Assembly: GCA_030654075.1 (NCBI GenBank)
Contig: JAURYB010000015.1
Coordinates: 1,644 to 65,643 of the forward strand
Origin: Bacteroidales bacterium
Lineage (GTDB): Bacteria > Bacteroidota > Bacteroidia > Bacteroidales > UBA4417
Length of the DNA stretch: 64,000 nt
Direction: 5' to 3'
Positions 20,601 through 28,112 of this stretch are shown here, in pieces; position 1 is the first letter of the stretch, and each line of letters begins with the position of its first letter. The notes below the pieces were generated by a model that ran no database searches, was not told where the DNA came from, and was given only the letters and a program-made list of their open reading frames with translations. The translations under genes were made by a program, and so were the position numbers.

Positions 20601-21164
20601 AACCATCCTACCCAATTCCTTAAAAATAAGAAACTGGATGCCTCCATGAGCGGAAAGATGGAACTGCTTTTCGATAAACTGGACAGCATTGTCGATAGCA
20701 GCGAGAAGGTACTGATATTCACCCAGTTTACCGAAATGGGCAACTTGCTGAAACATTTTATTGCCGAACGTTACAAGGAAGAACCACTTTATTACCATGG
20801 CGGGAGCAGCCTTACTCAACGCAAGCAAATGGTTGAGCGTTTCCAGACTAACCATGCAGACAAAATATTTATCCTGTCGCTCAAAGCAGCAGGCACCGGG
20901 CTGAACCTCACAGCCGCTTCACACGTGATCCATTATGACCTTTGGTGGAATCCTGCCGTGGAAAACCAGGCCACCGACCGCGCTTTCCGCATCGGGCAGA
21001 AAAATAATGTAATGGTGCATCGTTTCATCACAAAGAATACCTTTGAGGAACGAATTGATGAAATGATTCAAAGCAAAAAGCACCTGGCCGATATTTCGGT
21101 TGCTACCGGTGAAAACTGGATCGGAAAACTGAGCAATAAAGAGTTGAGAGAAATTTTTGGTTAA
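17661..21164 (+). CDS. SNF2-family helicase with N-terminal SWIM zinc finger
   Basis: CSCPDWAVPCKHLAAV (SWIM CxCxnCxH), DDMGLGKT (motif I), IIDEAQNIKN (DExx), and C-terminal helicase motifs WNPAVENQATDRAFRIGQ. ATG at 17661. Confidence 0.85.
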   Translation: MATTFGKTWWGEQWLNSLNNIDYSNRLPRGASYARSGHVVKINTNGNHISAKVSGSRPRPYNVDLIMPPFFDPELGEFLKEIKRRPVILSKLLNRELDTSVLALAEQFKLKVFPKQWNDLKMQCSCPDWAVPCKHLAAVIYKVSAEIDNNPFLVFSLHNVDLLKEMEKLGVVVNKKNIEIPGIKSLFFDKAKTIQVYDPESAYQKLNFSNLSPLHEALTSLLTPLPAFYTLSGDFKDKYGWRINKAVKGIGKVSAGKIPLSQFLEKSHFSGQNISTHSKNVLVIDDSVIVKVMVNDKSFALTEFLYQLSLIPVSQTYDYQPSTALMQTALQLSVHLVANGAIVPQIIQLQDKKYAIRWLPAMLSKEVKKLVNRIDQMVPPEAFVWQDKQKTLQVTKDAGLNLLSVFVTELVRLSVEREFGDHFADLFFSDMPYPFTKPGEEGLAGGIMTWLQKFYISQGNFQHTMIVEELRNDDFKVLFSVQRLDSTDSERVTLDEILTSESFNNTRFEILQSIMQLSPFVPGLDDYINSNGKAEIVMGNGQFAPFLMQIIPALQLLDINILLPKALQNILKPKASVKIKKKASGKSFLRLNELLDFEWQVAIGDRVIGEEEFRKLLSNSEGLIRFKANYIYVGKDDLEKLHKHFTSTKEMSSFQMLRTALSGEYFGAAINLSDEVKELIKELNCFEEVALPSELKANLRPYQHRGFSWMFRNAQIGIGSVIADDMGLGKTLQVLATILKFKEQGLLGDHKILVVAPTGLLTNWMAEIEKFTPSLNAVIYHGPNRSLHGLGEYDVMISSYGIIRSDAEKIKKLKWHSLIIDEAQNIKNQDTAQTKAIKSIKSGNFVAMSGTPVENRLSELWSIMDYCNRGLLGNLKEFADTYSYPIEQLNDASVADKLKKVTSPFMMRRMKTDKSIISDLPDKIEMNCFASLTKDQASLYSKTLEECMNAIEGIEAKDHQELFVRQGLVLQMILALKQICNHPTQFLKNKKLDASMSGKMELLFDKLDSIVDSSEKVLIFTQFTEMGNLLKHFIAERYKEEPLYYHGGSSLTQRKQMVERFQTNHADKIFILSLKAAGTGLNLTAASHVIHYDLWWNPAVENQATDRAFRIGQKNNVMVHRFITKNTFEERIDEMIQSKKHLADISVATGENWIGKLSNKELREIFG

Positions 21165-21191
21165 TTGCTGATCGTTTAACACAAATAAAAT

Positions 21192-23348
21192 TTGAAAATT
21201 AAAACTGCCAACCTAGGGAATCTGAATCCTAACCAGCGCGAAGCTGTTGAAAGTACGCATCCTGAAGTATTGGTATTGGCAGGAGCAGGGTCGGGTAAAA
21301 CTAAAACTTTGCTGCAAAAAATCATTTACCTGATCGAAGAAAAAACTGTAAGTCCTTCCTCCATCTTAGCAGTAACTTTTACAAAAAATGCGGCTAACGA
21401 AATGGTTGACAGGCTTATACTTTCAGCCGATAAATCCGAAACATACAAAACCCTTCTCAGCAATAAAAAACTCACAAAGCAGCAACTCGATTTCGAGAGG
21501 TTTAATTTTCAAAAACAGTATAAATGGATTGATGCTTTAACTGTCAGGACTTTTCACAGCCTTTGTTACTCAATAATGAGGACTGACGGGGTTAATGAAT
21601 TTGATAATAAATTCAGGATTGTCAGCGATCAGAAACGGAATGAGGAAGATGAACTTAACCGGTTTATGGCTCCGGAAACTGTTTTCGAAGTGGTGCATAA
21701 ACTGCTTATCACGCATTGTTCCGATACGGAGTACCTGCTTAAGCTGAAGCGGTATATTCTTGATTACATTATTGATAAAATCCACATCGAGAGTAAGTTC
21801 AGTAATGTAGCGGTGAAGGATGGCCGTTATTTCACTTGTCTCGATGGTACTAAAGTGCGTTCAAAATCCGAACAGTACATAGCCGACTGGCTCTACCGGC
21901 ATAGTATAAAATATGAGTATGAACCTTTACTCAATGTGAAAGACTTTTATTTTCGTCCCGATTTTTATATTCCCGAAGCCAACCTGTATATCGAGCATGT
22001 GAGCGATAAAAGTTACTCTACACGGCAAAAGGAAGAGCAGTTCGAAAAAGGTAAAATACTTTATGTGAAGACGTATGAAGCTATGACCAAGGATTCATCC
22101 CTCTTCAATCATACCCTTGACAAAATTATTAAAAACCGCCTGCCGGCCAATTATCATAAAGATATAGTACTGACCTACAAGGAAGAATTTAATGGATATT
22201 ATGATGATGTAAGGGATTTCGTGGGTCAGGTGATGCGGATTACCGATATGCTTAAGGTTGAAAGTACTGATCTGGATCAGGTTGCGATTCATGCCGCTGC
22301 CGACCAGCATGAAAGGGTCCGCAGTTTTTACGAACTGGCTTTTCCTATCGTAAAGCTTTACAACGAGTATTGTGTTGATAAATCGTATCTTGATTTTAAC
22401 GATTTGATATCCCGAACCATCGCTTTGTTTAAAAACTATCCTGATATTGCTAATAAATACAATCAGAAATACCAATACATACTGGTGGATGAGTTTCAGG
22501 ATGTGAACAACCTGCAGGTTGAGCTGCTGATACTATTTCTGACCGAAAAGTCCCAATTGTTTTGTGTTGGCGATGACTGGCAGAGTATTTATGGTTTCAG
22601 GGGATCGAATGTGAGCTATATTATTGATTTTGAAAAGCATTTTCCATTTTCGAAGATATTCAAACTGAACCTCAATTACAGGAGTACACAACATATTGTG
22701 GGGGCCAGTAACGAAGTGATCCGAAATAACAAGTATAAGATTGATAAGGAGATTATTGCTTCAAAAAAATCGGAGCATAAAATAGTGGTTTATGCCGGTG
22801 ATAACGACGATGACAATGTTCGGTTTTGTGTGGAAACTGTAAATAAGCTATACTCTGAAGGATATACCTATGATGATGTTTTATTCCTGTATCGCCGAAG
22901 CAAAATGTTTGCCCCGTATTTTTCGAGGTTCCGCAATGAAGGGATGCGGGTGCAGGGGAAAACAATCCATGCCGCCAAAGGTCTGGAAGCTAAAGTGGTT
23001 TTTATTATTGGTCTCACCGAAGGGTATGGCGGTTTTCCTGACATATGGCTCGAAGACCGGATTTTCCAGATTATAAAGCAAGCCAACCGTGATCTGCTCC
23101 TGGAAGAAGAGCGCAGGTTATTTTATGTAGCCATAACCAGGGCAAAGGATAAGCTTTTTCTGATCACTGAGAAAGGAAATGAATCAAGTTTCCTGCGCGA
23201 AATCCCCGAAACCTTTACCGTAAAAACCAGTGCTACCGCTTTGCCCGTGACCGAAAAGGTTATTTTGTGCCAGAATTGCTTCAGCCGGATGGAAAACCTG
23301 TGGCTGGTATGCCCGTATTGCGGGTTTAAGCCTGGCGATGAAAAGTAA
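21192..23348 (+). CDS. UvrD/Rep-family SF1 helicase with inserted PD-(D/E)xK-like module and C-terminal zinc ribbon
   Basis: LAGAGSGKT, YILVDEFQDVN, VGDDWQSIYGFRG, LNYRST, TIHAAKGLEAKVVF, YVAITRAK. TTG start 27 nt after the SNF2 stop (no ATG precedes the Walker A). Confidence 0.85.
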   Translation: MKIKTANLGNLNPNQREAVESTHPEVLVLAGAGSGKTKTLLQKIIYLIEEKTVSPSSILAVTFTKNAANEMVDRLILSADKSETYKTLLSNKKLTKQQLDFERFNFQKQYKWIDALTVRTFHSLCYSIMRTDGVNEFDNKFRIVSDQKRNEEDELNRFMAPETVFEVVHKLLITHCSDTEYLLKLKRYILDYIIDKIHIESKFSNVAVKDGRYFTCLDGTKVRSKSEQYIADWLYRHSIKYEYEPLLNVKDFYFRPDFYIPEANLYIEHVSDKSYSTRQKEEQFEKGKILYVKTYEAMTKDSSLFNHTLDKIIKNRLPANYHKDIVLTYKEEFNGYYDDVRDFVGQVMRITDMLKVESTDLDQVAIHAAADQHERVRSFYELAFPIVKLYNEYCVDKSYLDFNDLISRTIALFKNYPDIANKYNQKYQYILVDEFQDVNNLQVELLILFLTEKSQLFCVGDDWQSIYGFRGSNVSYIIDFEKHFPFSKIFKLNLNYRSTQHIVGASNEVIRNNKYKIDKEIIASKKSEHKIVVYAGDNDDDNVRFCVETVNKLYSEGYTYDDVLFLYRRSKMFAPYFSRFRNEGMRVQGKTIHAAKGLEAKVVFIIGLTEGYGGFPDIWLEDRIFQIIKQANRDLLLEEERRLFYVAITRAKDKLFLITEKGNESSFLREIPETFTVKTSATALPVTEKVILCQNCFSRMENLWLVCPYCGFKPGDEK

Positions 23349-23456
23349 TTGGAAATGTTATGCATTTTCTTCGTTCTCAGAATGAAATTCTACTCGGTTT
23401 ACAGGCAATCAGAAAATAGTACTTATGATATATGAGTATGATTTGTATTTATACTT

Positions 23457-23464
23457 TATATTTG
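23457..23464 (+). promoter_or_regulatory. putative -7 promoter box of the mazEF-like operon
   Basis: TATATTTG fits TAnnTTTG, 16 nt before the ATG at 23481. Confidence 0.4.
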
Positions 23465-23480
23465 TATAAAATTTCGTAAG

Positions 23481-23723
23481 ATGGCTTCTGTAAACTTTAC
23501 CAGTTCGTTACCGAAAGAACTTATCGAACTGCTTGATCTGTATGCGGGTAAGTTCAGGCTTCCCAAGAACAGGATAATCGAACAAGCTTTAGTGGCTTAT
23601 TTTGAAAAGCTGAAAAAGGCAGAATATGCCCATTCTTTCCGCAGAGCTGCCAGTGATGAAGAACAGGTTTTAATAGCTGAAGAAGGTCTGGAAGATTACC
23701 TGAAAATAATTTCGGAAGAATGA
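23481..23723 (+). CDS. ribbon-helix-helix (CopG-like) antitoxin
   Basis: 80 aa. N-terminal beta-strand/helix pattern FTSSLPKELIELLD...IIEQALVAYFE. ATGA overlap with the toxin gene. Confidence 0.7.
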   Translation: MASVNFTSSLPKELIELLDLYAGKFRLPKNRIIEQALVAYFEKLKKAEYAHSFRRAASDEEQVLIAEEGLEDYLKIISEE

Positions 23724-24052
23724 AACAACGCGAGATTTGGTTGGCTGATTTGAATCCTGTTAAAGGCAGTGAGCAACGTGGTATCAGGCCCGTGGTTGTA
23801 ATAAGTGGCAATGCTATGAATTCCAACCTGGATGTATGTATTGTTTGTCCGTTAAGCTCGAAAATTAAAAATTATGCTGGATGTTTAGTGATTAAAAGTG
23901 ATACTGTTAACGGACTCGAAATGGATTCTGAAATTATTTCATTTCAAATCAGAACTATTTCTGGTCAACGATTGATCAGAAAATTAGGTGAGATTACTGT
24001 GAAACAGTTTGATACGGTAAAAAAAGGATTGAATGAGATTCTGACCTACTAG
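23720..24052 (+). CDS. MazF/PemK-family endoribonuclease toxin
   Basis: REIWLADLNPVKGSEQRGIRPVVVIS is a classic PemK/MazF N-terminus. 110 aa. Confidence 0.9.
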   Translation: MKQREIWLADLNPVKGSEQRGIRPVVVISGNAMNSNLDVCIVCPLSSKIKNYAGCLVIKSDTVNGLEMDSEIISFQIRTISGQRLIRKLGEITVKQFDTVKKGLNEILTY

Positions 24053-24151
24053 TATTAGCAAAACTATAGAAACTGATTCCTTTTAAATATGGCCTAATGG
24101 CTTGATAATATGGTTATTGTATCAAGTTTGGGCAGCATATTTTCTGAATGC

Positions 24152-24186
24152 TAATCCCTAAATCCTAACCCCAAAAACCTAACTCC
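24152..24186. repeat. heptamer array (TAANNCC)x5
   Basis: taatccc taaatcc taacccc aaaaacc taactcc, read directly. Confidence 0.7.
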
Positions 24187-24189
24187 TTT

Positions 24190-24256
24190 TTACAAATACC
24201 TCCTGTCCTTTACAAATGGCAGTTTCGCCATTTTCTTAGCTTCAATACTTAGAAAG
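24190..24256 (-). pseudogene. orphan duplicate of the last ~19 codons plus stop of the dnaE2-like gene
   Basis: By-eye alignment to 24934-25000: 46 of the first 48 nt are identical, then similarity decays. The copy still translates to SIEAKKMAKLPFVKDRRYL*, against SIEVEKMAKLPFVKDRRYL* in the intact gene. Confidence 0.75.
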
Positions 24257-24312
24257 GTGCAAACAGAACTGATTATAAGGTATGAATTGTTCCTTTTCAG
24301 ATAGTGTGCGGA

Positions 24313-24684
24313 TCAATAGTAATCAAGATCAGGAATATTTTTAAAGTCGTTGATATTACGGGTGATTAATATAAGATCGGAGGACAGGCAGGTTGCTGCA
24401 ATGATTGCATCAGGCAGTTTTACTTTTGTTTTCTTTCTTATTTCAATGGTTTTCTCCACAATTGCATCCGTTAGCGGAACAACTACGGATTCACCTATAA
24501 AGCCTTCAAGTATTGAATACACATTTTCCGGACAGGTAAATCCAAGGATTTCAATTTTTGAAATTATTGACAGCACTGGAGTGTCGTTAACAACCTTATT
24601 CATAAAAGATTGGCCGGGCAAATCATATTTCCCTGCCAGAAAATCAATTGCCGCATTGCTGTCAATTAAATACCCCTGTTCCAT
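24313..24684 (-). CDS. PIN-domain (VapC-type) toxin
   Basis: YLIDSNAAIDFL and DAIIAATCLSSDLILITRNINDF supply the acidic PIN residues. 123 aa. Confidence 0.85.
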   Translation of the reverse strand: MEQGYLIDSNAAIDFLAGKYDLPGQSFMNKVVNDTPVLSIISKIEILGFTCPENVYSILEGFIGESVVVPLTDAIVEKTIEIRKKTKVKLPDAIIAATCLSSDLILITRNINDFKNIPDLDYY

Positions 24685-24878
24685 TCGTCCCGGCTTCTGG
24701 CTATATATTTTTGGGCATCTTCTGCAACCTCTGCCGGAAGTTTTCCTGCATACTTTTCCGAAAGAGATTGCTCTTTTTTCTTGTGCTTTCTGACGATCCT
24801 CACAAGTTGAAGATCTTCAAGCTGACGAAGCAGTTTAAGCGCTTTGTTGTTAAGAATCTGAATCTCTATAGTTTCCAT
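24666..24878 (-). CDS. VapB-type antitoxin (family not recognised)
   Basis: 70-aa ORF from ATG 24878, overlapping the PIN gene by 19 nt. Assigned by position and size only. Confidence 0.55.
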   Translation of the reverse strand: METIEIQILNNKALKLLRQLEDLQLVRIVRKHKKKEQSLSEKYAGKLPAEVAEDAQKYIARSRDEWNRGI

Positions 24879-24933
24879 TTTTAAGGAATTTATAAACAAA
24901 AATACAAATATATACGATTGAAGTGCAGTGCAA

Positions 24934-27876
24934 TTACAAATACCTCCTATCCTTTACAAACGGCAGTTTCGCCATTTTCTCCACTTCTATACTAGGGAAT
25001 CCGAATTCTTCCACAATTTTCCCTTTTATTAAATATACCCCCCGACCTTTAAAAGGGTATTGCTTTGATGATTGCGGAAAATGAACCGTATCAAAAAACT
25101 CGCCATCCACATCGAAGAAAGTACCAAAATACATAATCTCGTTCCGTATGGTGCGAACATATTTAATGGTAACCAGCGATCCGAGCATCCGTACCGTTTC
25201 GTCAACATGCGAGGCAATATCCTGTGACCGGAATTCGCCACGGAAACTGGTTTGCAATAAATCAAAATAGCCCATTGTTACCGGGAATCCCAGCAGTTCA
25301 ATTTCATCAAAGGCATCATCAACAATGGAATGATCGAGGTCAGGCATGCGAAACTGCCTGGCAGGTGTGGTAAACAGTGAACCATCAGTTGGCAGCGGAG
25401 CCGATTTTCGTAACAGCAGATGCACTTCCCACAATAACTGCTGCTTACTGGTTCCGGTAAACCGAAGTGCGTTAAGCCGGATCAGAAGTATAGCCTGGTC
25501 GAGAGTAAGCGGAACCCGGTTTACAAAATCAGCAAGGCTCAGATAAGGGCCGTTGCGTGTTCGTTCGTCACTGATGGCATTAACGGTATTGCTTTCGAGA
25601 TTAGCGATATATACAAAGCCCAGCCAGATTGTGCTTCCGCTGATAGTGGTGGTGTGATTGCTGCGGTTGATGCATGGAAGTTCAATACTGGCGCCGCATC
25701 GCTTAGCTTCGTTGATATATACCCAGGCCTGGTAAAATCCGCCGAAATTATTGAGTACCGCCGTCATAAATTCAAGTGGGTAATACGATTTCAGAAACAA
25801 ACTCTGGTAACTTTCCACCGCATACGAAGCCGAATGTGCCTTCGAAAATGAATAACCTGCGAACGACTCAATCTGCCGCCATACTTCTTTGGTAACTTCT
25901 TCGGAATGTCCCTGCTGGTAACAACTTTCGAAATATTTATCCACAATTTTCTGAAACTCAATCCGTGACCGGTATTTTCCGCTCATGGCACGGCGAAGCA
26001 CATCGGCATCGGCCAGGTCGAGTCCGGCAAAGTGGTGGCATATTTTAAGTACATCTTCCTGGTAAACCATTACGCCGTAGGTTTCAGCAAGTTGTTCTTC
26101 CATAATGGGATGCAGGTATTTGAATTTATCCGGGTTGTGAAACCGCCAGATGTATTCCTTCATCATTCCCGAGCGGGCAACTCCCGGGCGGATAATGCTG
26201 CTCGCTGCAACCAGCGTAAGATAGTTATCGCATTTCAGCTTTTTAAGCAGCCCGCGCATGGCAGGACTTTCAATGTAAAAACAGCCTATCGTTTCGGCCG
26301 ATTTCAGTTGTTTTTTGATTTTAGCATCTTTTTTGAAATCACTTACCCGATGAATGTCAATGCTTATTCCCCGGTTTTGTTTAATAATTTCAACGGCTTC
26401 CTGTATATGCCCCAGGCCGCGCTGGCTCAGGATATCGAGTTTTTCGTAACGCAGGTCTTCGGCCACATACATATCCCATTGTGTGGTCGGGAAAGCCTTG
26501 GGCGGCATATCGATTGCGGTGTAGGCAGTAAGCGGCTCTTCCGATATCAGCACTCCGCCGGCATGAATACTGCGGATATTCGGGAAGTCCGTCATGCGCG
26601 TGGCAAGTTGTACAATATGCTTGGCTATATCGTTGTTGTTCAGTGGATTATTCGGCTCTTCTACTAAAATATCAATTACTTCTTTTGGTAAACCGTACAC
26701 TTTTCCCAGTTCGCGTAAGCTTGATTTCCCCTTAAATGTGGATGTTGCGCCAAGTAAAGCAGTATGTTTATGGCCGTATCGCTTAAAAATATAATCGAAA
26801 ACTTCATCGCGGTCCTTCCACGAAAAATCAATATCGAAATCCGGCGGACTGCTTCGTTTCGGATTCAGGAATCGTTCGAAATAGAGATCCAATTCGATAG
26901 GATCCACATCCGTTATACGGAGGCAATATGCCACTATGCTGTTGGCCCCGCTGCCACGACCAACGTGATAAAACCCACGGCTCATAGTATAGCGGATTAT
27001 ATCCCATGTAATCAGAAAGTAGGACGAAAAACCTAGTTTGTCAATAATTTCAAGTTCGTGTTTTATACGCCGTTTTGCTTCTTTATTGTTTTTACCATAG
27101 CGATACGCCAATCCGTCCTGGGCAAGTTTTTCGAGCAGTAAACGATCGTCGTAAGCGCTTCGTGTAAAAAGTTTCTTGTTTTTTACAGTTTTGAAATCAA
27201 TAGCGATAGTACAATCATCCAGTAGTTTACGCGTGTTGGATATAATCTGTGGGTGATTTTCAAATAGTTTTTCAAGTTCAACAGGCGGAGTAAAGAGTTC
27301 ATCCGGAGCAGCTACCTGCGAAGGAATTAGCATACTTAGCAAAATATTATTGTCGATGGCGCGGAGATTGCGGTGTAGTTCATACCCTTGCTCGCTTTCA
27401 AACGTAACAGGGCATAAAGCCACAAGTTTTTGTTGCTTGTTGCGGTTTTCTGCCGAAAGCAGTTTGTTGAGTTCTGTACTCCGGATTCCGGTATATTCAT
27501 TATCGCGCAACTTTTTCGGCGATTTTTCCCCGAAAGGGTAAATTACATAACAGTGGCTGAATTCCGGCGCCTGCAGGGGTAAGGGGATTTTGTGAATATT
27601 GTGATGACTCAGGAATTCATTGAGTTCCATAAACCCTTCGTTGTTGCGGGCTATACCTATATATAAAAGCTCATTTCCATCGCGGAATTCAATTCCAGCT
27701 ACCGGTTTTACCTCGTTTTTGTTGCAGGCTTTTACAAAATCAACCACAGCTGCACTGTTATTGATATCGGTAAGTGTAAGTGTAGTAATGCCGTTCACCA
27801 CAGCTATTTCCACCAGTTTGTCAACAGGAAGAGTGCCGTAACGGAGGCTGTAATTTGAGTGGCAGTTGAGATACAT
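24934..27876 (-). CDS. dnaE2: error-prone DNA polymerase III alpha paralogue (DnaE2-like)
   Basis: 980 aa. N-terminal PHP domain (MYLNCHSNYSLRYGT) and pol III alpha core motifs (FDIDF, GYSFSKAHSASYA). Immediately downstream of a Y-family polymerase gene. Confidence 0.85.
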   Translation of the reverse strand: MYLNCHSNYSLRYGTLPVDKLVEIAVVNGITTLTLTDINNSAAVVDFVKACNKNEVKPVAGIEFRDGNELLYIGIARNNEGFMELNEFLSHHNIHKIPLPLQAPEFSHCYVIYPFGEKSPKKLRDNEYTGIRSTELNKLLSAENRNKQQKLVALCPVTFESEQGYELHRNLRAIDNNILLSMLIPSQVAAPDELFTPPVELEKLFENHPQIISNTRKLLDDCTIAIDFKTVKNKKLFTRSAYDDRLLLEKLAQDGLAYRYGKNNKEAKRRIKHELEIIDKLGFSSYFLITWDIIRYTMSRGFYHVGRGSGANSIVAYCLRITDVDPIELDLYFERFLNPKRSSPPDFDIDFSWKDRDEVFDYIFKRYGHKHTALLGATSTFKGKSSLRELGKVYGLPKEVIDILVEEPNNPLNNNDIAKHIVQLATRMTDFPNIRSIHAGGVLISEEPLTAYTAIDMPPKAFPTTQWDMYVAEDLRYEKLDILSQRGLGHIQEAVEIIKQNRGISIDIHRVSDFKKDAKIKKQLKSAETIGCFYIESPAMRGLLKKLKCDNYLTLVAASSIIRPGVARSGMMKEYIWRFHNPDKFKYLHPIMEEQLAETYGVMVYQEDVLKICHHFAGLDLADADVLRRAMSGKYRSRIEFQKIVDKYFESCYQQGHSEEVTKEVWRQIESFAGYSFSKAHSASYAVESYQSLFLKSYYPLEFMTAVLNNFGGFYQAWVYINEAKRCGASIELPCINRSNHTTTISGSTIWLGFVYIANLESNTVNAISDERTRNGPYLSLADFVNRVPLTLDQAILLIRLNALRFTGTSKQQLLWEVHLLLRKSAPLPTDGSLFTTPARQFRMPDLDHSIVDDAFDEIELLGFPVTMGYFDLLQTSFRGEFRSQDIASHVDETVRMLGSLVTIKYVRTIRNEIMYFGTFFDVDGEFFDTVHFPQSSKQYPFKGRGVYLIKGKIVEEFGFPSIEVEKMAKLPFVKDRRYL

Positions 27877-27880
27877 TTTA

Positions 27881-28041
27881 ATGTTAGATGTTGGATGTGG
27901 GATGTGTGAGGTACGAATGACGATTTGCGAGGTGCGATTTACGATTTGCGATTTACGAATGACGATTTACGATTTGGGATGTACGACTTACGGGGTACAA
28001 TTTTCGATTTGGGGCTTGGAATTTGGAACTTGACATTTCTG
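27881..28041. repeat. 23 consecutive heptamers (ATGTNGG / ATTTNCG type)
   Basis: Manual partition keeps register for 161 nt: atgttag atgttgg atgtggg ... atttacg atttgcg ... atttgga. Confidence 0.85.
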
Positions 28042-28055
28042 CTGTTCATGATTTA

Positions 28056-28107
28056 CATCCGACATCGCACATCGCACATTGCACATTCCACATCATCCCA
28101 CATCATC
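28056..28107. repeat. CATCNCA heptamers followed by a CACATCATCC decamer array (inverse complement of the left array)
   Basis: catccga catcgca catcgca cattgca cattcca, then cacatcatcc x3. Abuts the 3' end (stop at 28113-28115) of the polymerase IV gene. Confidence 0.8.
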
Positions 28108-28112
28108 CCACA

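Noticed and set aside
17661-23348. Known SNF2- or UvrD-containing defence systems (DISARM, Gabija, Hachiman-like)
   Set aside because: Partner genes are absent within 5 kb on either side: no DUF1998 helicase, methyltransferase, PLD nuclease, OLD/ATPase GajA or HamA. The pair is kept only as an unclassified candidate.
26032-26667. 211-aa plus-strand ORF (and many similar 60-140-aa ORFs inside large genes, e.g. 20309-20743, 28446-28874, 58071-58580)
   Set aside because: These are antisense to, or out of frame within, long ORFs with clear motifs. They show low-complexity, Arg/Ser/Phe-rich composition typical of shadow ORFs.
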